This document shows positions 51,410-61,168 of a stretch of 64,000 nucleotides of DNA, piece by piece (positions within the stretch are counted from its first letter, which is position 1; each line of letters begins with the position of its first letter). Under the pieces are notes generated by a model that was not told the DNA's origin, made no database searches, and saw only the letters and a program-made list of their open reading frames with translations. The position numbers and the translations under genes are program-made. The stretch comes from Flavobacteriales bacterium (GTDB lineage: Bacteria; Bacteroidota; Bacteroidia; Flavobacteriales_F; PHOS-HE28), in assembly GCA_016713865.1 (NCBI GenBank), contig JADJOG010000047.1, forward strand, positions 26,729 to 90,728. Direction: 5' to 3'.

Positions 51410-53830
51410 ATGATGCGAATCACGATAGCCGCGCTATTCGCTGCGGCCATGGCCACGGTGCATGCCCAGGATGCCACCCTCACAGGCAAAGTCACCGACG
51501 CTAAATCGGGCGAGGTGCTCATAGGAGTGAATGTGATCTATGCAGCGGGCAAGGGCGTGGCTACGGACATCGATGGGAACTATGCATTGAAGCTGCCGCC
51601 AGGGGAGTATAAGCTCGGTTTCAGCTTCATCGGTTACACCACACGCTCTGAAACGATCGTGCTTGCGGCAGATGAGCAGCGCGTGCTGGACATGAAGCTC
51701 GCGGTCGCCGCCAACCAGCTTGATGCCGTGGTGGTCTCGGCGGGTCGATTCGAGCAACGGGTGGGCGAGGTGACGCAGAGCTTGAGCGTGCTGCGACCGG
51801 AGATCGTGCTGAACAAGAACATCATCAGCATGAGCGAGGCGCTGGATCAGGTGCCTGGGGTGGTGATCATTGATGAGGAGCCGCAGATCCGCGCGGGCAG
51901 CGGCTTCAGCTATGGCGCGGGCAGCCGCGTGCAGGTTTGCGTGGATGATGTTCCCATCCTGAGCGGTGATATCGGCCGCCCCAATTGGACCTTCTTACCC
52001 ATGGAGAACCTGGAACAGGTTGAGGTGATCAAGGGAGCGAGCAGCGTGCTTTATGGAAGCGCAGCCCTGAGCGGCGTGATCAACGTGCGCACGGCGTATC
52101 CGCGGGCTGAGCCGCAAACAAGGGTGACCACGTTCACCGGCATTTACGATACACCCGGCCATGCGCCAGCGAAATGGTGGGACCAGAACCAACCCGGTTT
52201 CGGTGGCGCCAACTTCTTCCATTCCCGTCGCTTCGGGCAGTTGGACCTGGTGCTTGGTGGCAATGCATTCTCGGATAACGGTTTTGTGGGGCCCGAGCCG
52301 CAACCGGCCGATTCCGTAGCCCGCGACCCGTATCGCCTCGGGCCCGGCGGCTACGAGCATCGCGTCCGCTTCAACACCGGATTGCGCTGGCGGAGCAAGA
52401 GCGTGAAAGGCCTCAGCTTCGGGCTCAATGGCAACGTGATGAAGAGCCGAAGCACCAGCGTGTTCATCTGGAACGATACCGACCGTGGCCTCTTCAGGCC
52501 ATTCCCCGGCACCGTCACGCGCACCAAGGGCACGCAATTCTATGTGGACCCCTTCGTGATCTATCACAGCCCGGGCGGCACCCGCCACAGCCTACGCACG
52601 CGCTGGCACCGGCAGATCTTCGACAACGACAACGGCCAGGGCAACAGCAATAGCACCACCCATGCCGAGTACCAGGCCCAGCAGAAGGTGGAGATCTTCG
52701 GGGAGACGGTGCTCACCGGCGGAGCGCTCGTGCGCAATGTGAACTCGACAGCGGAGCTGTATAGCGGAGATGGCGACGGCGATGGACTGAATACTGCACT
52801 GAACACCGCAGTTTACCTGCAGGTGGACAAGAAGCTGCTGGAAGAGCGGCTCTCGCTGAGCGCAGGGGTGCGTTACGAGCAGTTCAAGGTGAACGACGAT
52901 GTCGCTGGACAACCTGTGTTCCGCGCCGGCGCCACTTATCGCGTATTGCAAGCAACATACGTGCGCGCCAGCTATGGCCAAGGCTTCAGGTACCCTAACA
53001 TAGGGGAACGTTTCATCAGCACCAATGTGGGACAATTGCGCATCTTCCCCAATGCGAACTTGAATCCGGAGCAGAGCTGGAACACCGAAGCGGGCATCAA
53101 GCAAGGCTTCAAGCTCGGTGGCTTCACCGGCTACTTGGACGCCGTCGTCTTCCAGCAGGAATTCCAGGACTACGTGGAGTTCACTTTCGGGCAATGGAAG
53201 CCTTTCACCATCGCGACAGCGATACAGGATTTCTACGGCCTCGGCTTCAAGAGCGTGAACACCGGCAATGCGCGCGTCACGGGCCTCGAATTGGAACTCG
53301 CTGGCAAGGGCAAGATCGGCGGGGTGGAGATCCAGGCGCTCATCGGCTACACCACCACCAAACCCGTGAGCACCACACCGGACTTCGTTTACGCCGAGCG
53401 CGTGGATGTGCCGATCCCGATCATCCCTTCGCCTTCCTTCACCAACAGCAGCTATAACCCCCAGGATAACATCCTGAAGTTCCGTATCCGCAACACCTTC
53501 CGCAGCGACGTGCAGTTCGAGTACCGCAAGGTGTTCACCGGATTCAGCACGCGATACAACAGCCATGTCCAGAACATCGACAAGGCGTTCGTTGACCTTG
53601 ACGCGGGCCCACCTCAACCGGATGTGCTGCCCACGAACATCACCGGATGGCTGGCCGATCGGCAGAGTGGCGGCGTTTGGATCGTGGATGCGCGCGCGGG
53701 CCTGCACTTGACCAAGCAATTGCGCGTGGCGCTGATCGTGAACAACCTCACCAACGAGGTGTATGCCCTGCGCCCTCTCAGCATCGAGGCACCTCGAAGC
53801 TTCCAAGTGCAGTTGAGCGCGGGCTTGTGA
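51410..53830 (+). CDS. TonB-dependent receptor with N-terminal carboxypeptidase-regulatory-like domain
   Basis: Signal peptide MMRITIAALFAAAMATVHAQ. CarbopepD_reg-like LTGKVTD...GVNV. Plug and beta-barrel with a terminal aromatic residue. Confidence 0.8.
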   Translation: MMRITIAALFAAAMATVHAQDATLTGKVTDAKSGEVLIGVNVIYAAGKGVATDIDGNYALKLPPGEYKLGFSFIGYTTRSETIVLAADEQRVLDMKLAVAANQLDAVVVSAGRFEQRVGEVTQSLSVLRPEIVLNKNIISMSEALDQVPGVVIIDEEPQIRAGSGFSYGAGSRVQVCVDDVPILSGDIGRPNWTFLPMENLEQVEVIKGASSVLYGSAALSGVINVRTAYPRAEPQTRVTTFTGIYDTPGHAPAKWWDQNQPGFGGANFFHSRRFGQLDLVLGGNAFSDNGFVGPEPQPADSVARDPYRLGPGGYEHRVRFNTGLRWRSKSVKGLSFGLNGNVMKSRSTSVFIWNDTDRGLFRPFPGTVTRTKGTQFYVDPFVIYHSPGGTRHSLRTRWHRQIFDNDNGQGNSNSTTHAEYQAQQKVEIFGETVLTGGALVRNVNSTAELYSGDGDGDGLNTALNTAVYLQVDKKLLEERLSLSAGVRYEQFKVNDDVAGQPVFRAGATYRVLQATYVRASYGQGFRYPNIGERFISTNVGQLRIFPNANLNPEQSWNTEAGIKQGFKLGGFTGYLDAVVFQQEFQDYVEFTFGQWKPFTIATAIQDFYGLGFKSVNTGNARVTGLELELAGKGKIGGVEIQALIGYTTTKPVSTTPDFVYAERVDVPIPIIPSPSFTNSSYNPQDNILKFRIRNTFRSDVQFEYRKVFTGFSTRYNSHVQNIDKAFVDLDAGPPQPDVLPTNITGWLADRQSGGVWIVDARAGLHLTKQLRVALIVNNLTNEVYALRPLSIEAPRSFQVQLSAGL

Positions 53831-53841
53831 TCCTGCGAGCC

Positions 53842-55635
53842 ATGCCCAAGCAGCGCGCTTCGCTGATAACGGCGATCGGCCTTTGGGCCGTGATCGCCAC
53901 GGTTGTGCTGCGGCACCCGCATGGCAACATCATCAGCTGGGACACCTTCGGTTATCATCTCTACCTGCCGGCGACACTCATTCACGGCGATCCGGGCATC
54001 AGTGATCCAGCGTGGGTGCACGAGGCGAGCGAGACCTACAAGAGCACCGGTACGCTCTACCAGATCAGCGAGCTGCCCAATGGCCGTTGGGTGAACAAGT
54101 ACCCGCTCGGCCTGGCCATGCTCTGGTCGCCCTTCTTCGCGGTCGGTCATTTCGTGGCGGGGATCATCGGGGCGCCGCAGGATGGTTTCTCGAAGCCCTA
54201 CCAATGGGCACCGATCGTCGCGGCGCTCGTGCATGTGCTCATTGGCCTGCTCATGCTCCGCAAGGTGCTGCTCTGGTTCTTCGGTGAACGCATCGCTATC
54301 GGCGCGCTCGTGCTCATCGTTGCGGGCACGAACTATTATCACCAAGCCACGCAGGGCCTGGGCATGGCGCACATCTTCCTCTTCGCCCTTGGCGCGGCGG
54401 TGCTGTGGCGCACGATCCAATGGCACGTCCATGGCCAACTGCGCGATGCCCTGCTTCTGGGCTTCCTGCTGGGATTGATGGTGGTCTCGCGACCGACCGA
54501 GGTCGTGTGGGTGATGTTCCCCTTGCTCATCGGGCTGGTCGATGCGCGGGATTGGCGGGGGTTCTTCAGCGAGCAATGGGCCAAGCGAGGCCACTTCGCC
54601 GCTATGGCATTTACTGCGCTGCTCGTTTGCTTGCCGCAACTGGCCTATTGGAATTGGATGACCGGCCATTGGCTGTATATGAGTTACAACAATGCTGGCG
54701 AGGGTTTCGAGTTCCTGCATCCGTACACTTGGGAGGCGCTCTTCAGCTTCCGGAAGGGCTGGCTCATTTACACGCCGCTCATGGCGGTCGCGGCCCTCGG
54801 GCTTATCCCCTTGTGGCGATCCGGCAGCGCATGGCGATGGGCTATCATCATGTTCTTCGTGCTGAACCTCTGGATCACCACGAGCTGGAGCTGCTGGTGG
54901 TACGCCGACAGTTTCGGCCAGCGCGCGTTGGTGCAGAGTTATCCCGTGATGGCACTCGGTCTTGGAGCGGGGTTGATATGGATTTCCGAACGCAGGACGC
55001 GAATGCTGTGGGCGTTGCCTATGCTCAGCATCATGGTTCTCTTCAACCTGTTCCAGACCTGGCAGATGAATGAAGGCATCCTGCACTCTTCGCGGATGAC
55101 ATGGCCCGCTTACCGGAGCGCGTTCCTCGCGACCTCCAAACCCGAAGGCTTCGAGGAATTGCTGTTGCTTGGCCGGAGCTACACCGGCGAACAGGACCTT
55201 CCGGACCCAATGCGCTACCAGCGGCATGCGCTTGCAACCGTGGATTGGAAAGAAGCTGACAGTGGAGAGGGTCTCTTTCTTAGAAAGGATCGGAACTTCT
55301 CACCGGCGTGGCGCGAGGAGTGGAGGCGACTCACGGATCGCGATCACATCTGGCTCGAGGTCTCGTGCCGCTTCCAGCGACCCATTGATGGCAGCATGCC
55401 ACAAGCCTCGCTCGTTGCCAGTTTCGAGCACAACGGACACAGCTACGCCTACCATGCGCAGGATGTGGATCTCACCAACGTGGAGCCTGGCGCATGGACC
55501 AGCACCCGACTCTGGCTGCTCAGTCCCGAAGTGCGAAGGCCAAACGACCTCTTCATCACCTACTGCTGGCTGCGCGATACCTTGCCCGTGCGCATCGCTG
55601 ATCACACGGTGCATGTGCATGAACGGAAACATTGA
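53842..55635 (+). CDS. polytopic membrane protein, ArnT/PMT_2 (GT39)-like glycosyltransferase family
   Basis: About 400 aa of transmembrane helices plus a C-terminal soluble domain. Similar architecture to 5441..7171. Confidence 0.4.
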   Translation: MPKQRASLITAIGLWAVIATVVLRHPHGNIISWDTFGYHLYLPATLIHGDPGISDPAWVHEASETYKSTGTLYQISELPNGRWVNKYPLGLAMLWSPFFAVGHFVAGIIGAPQDGFSKPYQWAPIVAALVHVLIGLLMLRKVLLWFFGERIAIGALVLIVAGTNYYHQATQGLGMAHIFLFALGAAVLWRTIQWHVHGQLRDALLLGFLLGLMVVSRPTEVVWVMFPLLIGLVDARDWRGFFSEQWAKRGHFAAMAFTALLVCLPQLAYWNWMTGHWLYMSYNNAGEGFEFLHPYTWEALFSFRKGWLIYTPLMAVAALGLIPLWRSGSAWRWAIIMFFVLNLWITTSWSCWWYADSFGQRALVQSYPVMALGLGAGLIWISERRTRMLWALPMLSIMVLFNLFQTWQMNEGILHSSRMTWPAYRSAFLATSKPEGFEELLLLGRSYTGEQDLPDPMRYQRHALATVDWKEADSGEGLFLRKDRNFSPAWREEWRRLTDRDHIWLEVSCRFQRPIDGSMPQASLVASFEHNGHSYAYHAQDVDLTNVEPGAWTSTRLWLLSPEVRRPNDLFITYCWLRDTLPVRIADHTVHVHERKH

Positions 55636-55638
55636 TCG

Positions 55639-56388
55639 ATGAGGATCCTCGGAATCATCCCCGCGCGATTCGCGAGCACGCGCCTGCCAGGCAAGCCTTT
55701 GGTTGATATCGGCGGCGTCAGCATGGTAATGCGCGTGGTGCGGCAAGCGCGGATGTCAAACGCGATCGCCGAAGTGATCGTCGCCACCGACGACCAGCGC
55801 GTGATGGATCATGTGATCGCGCGTGGTGGGAAGTGCGTGATGACATCGGCCGATCATCCCAGCGGGACCGATCGCTGCTTCGAGGCGCTCATGCTTGCTG
55901 GCCGTGATGGATTCGATGCCGTCGTGAACATCCAAGGCGACGAGCCATTCATCGTGCCCGGGCAGATCGATGAGCTCTGCGCTGCATTGCAGCAGGCAAG
56001 AAGTGGGATAGCCACCTTGGCGCAAGTGGTCACCGACGATCGTGACCTCGATGATCCCGGCGAAGCGCTGATCGCCACCGACGTGAACATGGATGCGCTT
56101 TATTTCAGCAGAGCGGCCATTCCATTTCTCCGGGATAGTGCGGCCGGTCCCAGGCATGAGCGGTTTCGCTACCTGAAGCACGTGGGCCTCTACGGTTATC
56201 GGAATGAGGTGCTGGAGCAATTGGTGAAACTCGCGCCCTCTTCGCTCGAACAGGCCGAGTCGCTGGAGCAATTGCGCTGGCTGGAGAATGGGTTCAAGGT
56301 GCGCATCGGGCTCACGGAGCACCCCTCATTCTGCGTGGATACCCCCGCCGATCTTGAAGAAGCGCGCCGAAGGGTGGCCGCTCTCTAG
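55639..56388 (+). CDS. kdsB: 3-deoxy-manno-octulosonate cytidylyltransferase (CMP-Kdo synthetase)
   Basis: MRILGIIPARFASTRLPGKPL N-terminal motif. Length 249 aa. Confidence 0.85.
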   Translation: MRILGIIPARFASTRLPGKPLVDIGGVSMVMRVVRQARMSNAIAEVIVATDDQRVMDHVIARGGKCVMTSADHPSGTDRCFEALMLAGRDGFDAVVNIQGDEPFIVPGQIDELCAALQQARSGIATLAQVVTDDRDLDDPGEALIATDVNMDALYFSRAAIPFLRDSAAGPRHERFRYLKHVGLYGYRNEVLEQLVKLAPSSLEQAESLEQLRWLENGFKVRIGLTEHPSFCVDTPADLEEARRRVAAL

Positions 56389-56404
56389 ATTTGGCCTCCT
56401 TCCG

Positions 56405-57529
56405 ATGGGCATCGAACGCGACCTGCACGACCTTCTCTTCTGCCACGATTGCGTGATCGTGCCGCAGTGGGGCGGGTTCCTCACGCACTACCGGCCGGCC
56501 CGCCTCGATGAAGCGCGCAAGGTGATACACCCGCCTGGGAAGGATCTGAGCTTCAATCGGCACTTGGTGCGCAACGATGGCCTGCTGGCCGATCATCTGG
56601 CCAAGCGCGAGGGCATCGACTTCGATCAAGCCACGGCGCGTATCGATGCCGAGGTGAATGGCTGGCGCCAAGCCTTGGACCGCAGCGGTCGCTTGGAACT
56701 TGATCGTGTCGGGATCTTCTACCGAGATGCGGAGCATAACCTTCAGTTCGATCCGGATCGCCGGGCCAACTACCTGAAGGACGCCTTCGGCTTGAGGCCC
56801 TTGACCGCGCTTCCGGTTGAGGTCGTGAAGCGGGCCGTTGAAGCGAAGGAGGTTCCTGTGCGCGAGCTGACCAAGCCTGAACAGGTTGCCCAGGAGAAGC
56901 GGCGCTTCCCTTGGGCGGTTGCCGCTGGCATAGCTGCCGTGCTGATCGGAGGAGCAGCAGTGATGGCATACCGGGCCAGTATGGGCCATCAATCCTCGTG
57001 GCAAGGCCTAGCGGGTTGGCAGCCGCGGCCAACTGCGGCATATGCGGCTCCCGCTGAGGCCGGCTTCGCGCCAGTCGCAGTGCCCGATGCGTTCCGTATG
57101 CCAGAAGCGGATAGTGGCTTGCATGAAGTGGTGCTCGATGCCGAGAAGGATGTGCGTGTCCGCATCGATTTCAACAAGCCCGAGATCGCTGCAGCCGATA
57201 CCACACGCGTTGTCGTGGCCGTGAAACCTGTCGTTGAAGCGTCCCTGCGTTTCCATGTGGTTGGCGGCTGCTTCGCGCAGCCCGAGAATGCGGATCGCAT
57301 GCTGAGCGAGTTGCTAGGCCAGGGTTTTCCAGCGCGGCGCCTCCGCCAGCGCGGCGATCTGCACCCCGTGGCGTATGGAAGCTACGCCACCCGCTCTGAA
57401 GCCCTTGCCGCGCTTCGATCAAGTGCGCGCCTCCAGTGGTCGCTCGGCCTGGTTGCTCGTGCGCTGACGAACCCGCTCTTCACCGGCCTATTTTCGCCCC
57501 CCTTTCACGAGCAACATGCACGTTCTTGA
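56405..57529 (+). CDS. HU-like domain plus SPOR-domain protein
   Basis: N-terminal HU/CCDC81-like region, a predicted TM helix (WAVAAGIAAVLIGGAAV) and a C-terminal SPOR domain (VVGGCFAQPENADRMLSELLGQGF...YGSYATRSEALAAL). Confidence 0.6.
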   Translation: MGIERDLHDLLFCHDCVIVPQWGGFLTHYRPARLDEARKVIHPPGKDLSFNRHLVRNDGLLADHLAKREGIDFDQATARIDAEVNGWRQALDRSGRLELDRVGIFYRDAEHNLQFDPDRRANYLKDAFGLRPLTALPVEVVKRAVEAKEVPVRELTKPEQVAQEKRRFPWAVAAGIAAVLIGGAAVMAYRASMGHQSSWQGLAGWQPRPTAAYAAPAEAGFAPVAVPDAFRMPEADSGLHEVVLDAEKDVRVRIDFNKPEIAAADTTRVVVAVKPVVEASLRFHVVGGCFAQPENADRMLSELLGQGFPARRLRQRGDLHPVAYGSYATRSEALAALRSSARLQWSLGLVARALTNPLFTGLFSPPFHEQHARS

Positions 57530-57911
57530 GCTGCTAGCGAGCACCGTCACCTTCATGGCTGACGACATCGTGCACACGCATTTCAAGGATGATCATTTGG
57601 TGAGCATGGAGGACGTGCAGGCCATGTTCGATGCGATAGCCGCTGAACGCAAGGGCCGCAAAGCGCTGTTGATGGTGAGCGTGGGACTGAACACCACCAT
57701 GAGCAACGAGGCGCGCGCCTTCGCTGCGCAATCGCCTGAATCCTCGAGGCACATCGCTGCAGACGCGATCATCGTGCGCGACTTCGGACACCAGCTCGCA
57801 GCGAACGTGTTCGTGCGCCACCATAAGCCCGGCCGACCCATCCAGATGTTCGGCGATCAGCAGAGCGCGCTCGATTGGCTACGCTCGCAGCACCACCTCT
57901 TGGAGAACTGA
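57516..57911 (+). CDS. hypothetical protein
   Basis: ORF only. 131 aa. No recognisable domain. Confidence 0.4.
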   Translation: MHVLELLASTVTFMADDIVHTHFKDDHLVSMEDVQAMFDAIAAERKGRKALLMVSVGLNTTMSNEARAFAAQSPESSRHIAADAIIVRDFGHQLAANVFVRHHKPGRPIQMFGDQQSALDWLRSQHHLLEN

Positions 57912-57920
57912 TCCCGCAAC

Positions 57921-58559
57921 ATGGTCCGCACACTCGTCTTTTCCGTTTCGCTCCTTCTTCTTCATGCTGCAAATGCTCAAGCATTCGGCGCCGCTGAGCG
58001 CACCTTGCGCACGAGCAAGGCCGAAGTGACCTGCTTAGCCGTTGCGCCCAAGGGCGATCGCATCCTCGTTGGCCTGAACAAGGGCGCCGAGCTGATCGAC
58101 CTCGAGAGCGGCAAGAAACTGATGACGCTTCCTTACAACGAGGATGGCAGCATGGCCGCGTACTACTGCGCCTTCAACGACAATGGCGAATACGCCGTGC
58201 TCATCGGCCACAGCGGCAAGCGCGTGGTGTACAGCATGAAGGACGGCAAGCCGCAGCCCTCGCTGCAGCAGCATCGCTGGGTGCCCGACCCGCGCGCTGT
58301 GAAGGCCATGGGACTCGACATGAGCAACAGCACCTTCGATCGTTTCTGCCAGCAGAAGGAAGTGCGGCATGGCAGCCACACGCTGCGTGCCGTGAAGCAT
58401 GGCGTGATCGAAGTGGTGAATGATGAGGGCAAGACCATTCAGCGCATCGAAGTGCCAGAGAACAAGGACCAGCACCACTTGGCGCCGATGCTCATCTGGC
58501 AGGAATGGCTGATCACCGGCACGGACGACGGCCGCGTGCTCTTCTACAAGTTGCCTTAG
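57921..58559 (+). CDS. secreted hypothetical protein
   Basis: Signal peptide MVRTLVFSVSLLLLHAANAQA. Length 212 aa. Confidence 0.5.
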   Translation: MVRTLVFSVSLLLLHAANAQAFGAAERTLRTSKAEVTCLAVAPKGDRILVGLNKGAELIDLESGKKLMTLPYNEDGSMAAYYCAFNDNGEYAVLIGHSGKRVVYSMKDGKPQPSLQQHRWVPDPRAVKAMGLDMSNSTFDRFCQQKEVRHGSHTLRAVKHGVIEVVNDEGKTIQRIEVPENKDQHHLAPMLIWQEWLITGTDDGRVLFYKLP

Positions 58560-59134
58560 GCTTTCGCTTCCGGCTTCTTCTCTTCCGCCGGTGCTGCGCC
58601 ACGCGCCTTCACTACTGCATAGCCGATAACAGCGCCGAGCACGAGCAAGCCCAACGCGCCCCAGGTCCAGCCGAGGCGATCGCGGAACACCACCGTGGCC
58701 AAGAGCGCCACCAGCAACGCCCATGCGCCTTGACCGAAGAGCCAGAGCGCAGGACTGCTCCACGTGAGCGACGCCGATTGCAGGCGCGCCTGCACGCGAT
58801 GAAGCAGCATCTGATACACGACGAGCACCGCCACCAAGCCGAGCTTCAGGTGCATGAAGGGCGATGCGAGCAAACCTGGCATGCGCACCAATTGCCAGAG
58901 GCCGAAGACCACGAGCAGGATCAGCGCGGGCCACGCCAATCCGAAGAGCACGCGGCGCTCCATGGGAATGAAACGCTCGTGCAACAAGCCTCGCTCGGGT
59001 TCCCAAAGGCGCAACGCGGCACGGTGCGCATTAAAGAGCCGTGCGAGGTGGAATGCCGCCGCGAACCAGGCCACCAGCGCGAGCAGGTGCATGAGCTTCA
59101 GCAGCGGGAGCAGGTCGGTGCTTGGGGTTTCCAT
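58556..59134 (-). CDS. hemJ: protoporphyrinogen IX oxidase HemJ (UPF0093/CopD-like membrane protein)
   Basis: LKLMHLLALVAWFAAAFHLARLF N-terminal motif. Four TM helices. About 190 aa. Confidence 0.55.
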   Translation of the reverse strand: METPSTDLLPLLKLMHLLALVAWFAAAFHLARLFNAHRAALRLWEPERGLLHERFIPMERRVLFGLAWPALILLVVFGLWQLVRMPGLLASPFMHLKLGLVAVLVVYQMLLHRVQARLQSASLTWSSPALWLFGQGAWALLVALLATVVFRDRLGWTWGALGLLVLGAVIGYAVVKARGAAPAEEKKPEAKA

Positions 59135-59177
59135 GCCACCAAGGTAGGCTCATAGGCGCGGCTACCTTCGGCCCCGC

Positions 59178-59693
59178 ATGAACCGCGCATCACGCCCCAT
59201 CAGCGACAGCTATTCGGAGACCACGCACGTGGTGCTCCCCAACGACACCAACACGCTCGGCAACCTCTTCGGCGGGCGGCTGCTGCAATGGCTAGACATC
59301 AGCTGCGCCATCAGCGCGCACCGCCACTGCAAGCGCACGGTGGTCACGGTGGCGGTGAATCATGTGGGCTTCGATCGGCCCATCAAGCTCGGCGACTTCG
59401 TCACCATCCGCAGCCATGTGAGCCGCGCGTTCGGCAGCAGCATGGAAGTGTGGAGCGATGTTTCTGTGGAAGACCAGATGACCGGCGAGAAGATCCCGTG
59501 CAATAGCGCCATCTACACCTTCGTGGCGGTTGACAATGCGGGCCGCCCGATGCAAGTGCCCGATGCCGAGCCAACGAACGATGAGGAGCGCCGCCGCTAC
59601 GATGGCGCGCTGCGTCGCCGGCAATTACGGCTCATCCTCAGCAATAAGATGAAGCCGGAAGAGGCAACGGAGCTGAAGAAGCTCTTCGCTTGA
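59178..59693 (+). CDS. acyl-CoA thioesterase (hotdog fold, YciA-like)
   Basis: HVVLPNDTNTLGNLFGGRLLQWLD hotdog thioesterase motif. Confidence 0.7.
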   Translation: MNRASRPISDSYSETTHVVLPNDTNTLGNLFGGRLLQWLDISCAISAHRHCKRTVVTVAVNHVGFDRPIKLGDFVTIRSHVSRAFGSSMEVWSDVSVEDQMTGEKIPCNSAIYTFVAVDNAGRPMQVPDAEPTNDEERRRYDGALRRRQLRLILSNKMKPEEATELKKLFA

Positions 59694-60056
59694 TCAGAGG
59701 CCCTCGTCGAGGCTGAACCCATCGAAGAGCTCGCCCGTCGCGGTGTCGTGCGCGCGCAACCCAAGGTGCCGCAGCAGTGCACCGATGCACGCCGCGCTCT
59801 GCTCACCGCCATGCACATGCGCCACCATGTAGCGCACCTGCACAGCATCTTCCATGTGCAGCTGGATGCTGATATCGATTTCATCGCCTTTCGCGAAGAG
59901 CCAATCGTTGTCCACGCGATCGATGAAGGGAATAGCCTCGCGGATGCGGGTGATCAGCTCCTCGCGCGCACCGATGGATCGTGGTGCGAAATCGAGCGGC
60001 ACGTCGTTGATCGACGGCACATCGGGAAGGTCTTGGATGAAGATGTCCCAGCTCAT
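59694..60056 (-). CDS. small acidic hypothetical protein (121 aa)
   Basis: Internal start MSWDIF within ORF 59694..60278. ATGA overlap with the upstream glycosyltransferase gene. Confidence 0.45.
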   Translation of the reverse strand: MSWDIFIQDLPDVPSINDVPLDFAPRSIGAREELITRIREAIPFIDRVDNDWLFAKGDEIDISIQLHMEDAVQVRYMVAHVHGGEQSAACIGALLRHLGLRAHDTATGELFDGFSLDEGL

Positions 60057-61030
60057 GGCTTTGCGAGTTCGGCGATCCTGCGCAGATCCTGCTTCTCCAT
60101 GCACCGGAAGTGGCCCTTCGGACAGCGGTCGTGGCCGATCTTGCTGCACGGCCTGCACGACAATCCTTCCACTTCGCTTATGATTGCGCGATCGGTATGC
60201 AGCGGTTGATATGGACCCATGCCGAAGAGCGGCACCGTGTTGCCCCATACGCTCACCTCGGGCTTGCCGAACGCGCACGCGATGTGCATGGCGCCGCTGT
60301 CGTGCGCGATCACGCTGCGCGATTGCTTGATCAGCGAAGCGCTTCCGAGGATGTCGTGCTTGCCCGTGGCATCGAAGACGCGCCCGCCTACCGCATCGCC
60401 GATGGCGCGCGCAACAGGCTGATCCTCCTTTCCTCCTATAAGAACGATGGGGCCTTCGATCAAGCGTGCGAGTTCGATGAACCTGTGCTGCGGCAATCGC
60501 TTCGTGGCATGCGCAGCGCCGATGGCAAGCGCCGTGTAGCCCGCTTGATGCGATGCGGGCAATGAAGAGATAGGCACTTCGCGCTCGGCCGGCAGGTAGA
60601 GCTCCAAGCCTTTGTTGTCATTCTTCACGCTGAAGTGCGCTACCGTGCTCATGTAGCGATCAACGATGTGCATTCTCGGCATGCGGTCGATGCGCAGGTT
60701 CACCAGCAGCCACTTCTCGATGTTGAGCTTGGGGAAGCTGTGCGCAGGCATGCCGAGTGCCCGCTTGATCCGTGCCGTGCGCAGGTTGTGGTGCAGGTCG
60801 ATCACGGCATCGAAGCGCTCTTGCTTCAAGCGGCTGATGAGTTCGCCGATGTCATTGCCCAGCTCATGCACCTTGCTCACATGGGGATTGTAGCGCACGA
60901 GGTCGGCGAAGGCGCTCTTGGTGGCGAAGTGGATCTCGGCATCCTTCAGTTGCTCCTTCGCGCAGCGCAGCACCGGGCTGGTGAGCACGATGTCGCCGAT
61001 GGAGGAGAAGCGCAGGACGAGGAGTTTCAT
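60053..61030 (-). CDS. glycosyltransferase family 9 (LPS heptosyltransferase-like)
   Basis: MKLLVLRFSSIGDIVLTSPVLR N-terminus and the GT9 fold. The N-terminal 15 codons of the ORF (MIPSEAKEQPPTSPP) derive from the repeat element. Confidence 0.7.
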   Translation of the reverse strand: MKLLVLRFSSIGDIVLTSPVLRCAKEQLKDAEIHFATKSAFADLVRYNPHVSKVHELGNDIGELISRLKQERFDAVIDLHHNLRTARIKRALGMPAHSFPKLNIEKWLLVNLRIDRMPRMHIVDRYMSTVAHFSVKNDNKGLELYLPAEREVPISSLPASHQAGYTALAIGAAHATKRLPQHRFIELARLIEGPIVLIGGKEDQPVARAIGDAVGGRVFDATGKHDILGSASLIKQSRSVIAHDSGAMHIACAFGKPEVSVWGNTVPLFGMGPYQPLHTDRAIISEVEGLSCRPCSKIGHDRCPKGHFRCMEKQDLRRIAELAKP

Positions 61031-61037
61031 CGGGGGC

Positions 61038-61168
61038 GAAGTTGGGGGTTGTTCCTTCGCTTCGCTCGGAATCACCAGGTCGACAGAGGTTGGGGGTTGA
61101 ACTCATGCTCCGACATTTGCGGCAATCAACCCTCAACCGTCTTTCGAATCAACCTGCAACCCCCAACC
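61038..61168. repeat. MITE-like intergenic repeat, copy B. Terminal inverted repeats GGTTGGGGGTTG / CAACCCCCAACC and the same 22-nt core as copy A.
   Basis: Direct comparison with 4101..4206. Lies in the divergent promoter region between the GT9 gene and tatD. Confidence 0.6.
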
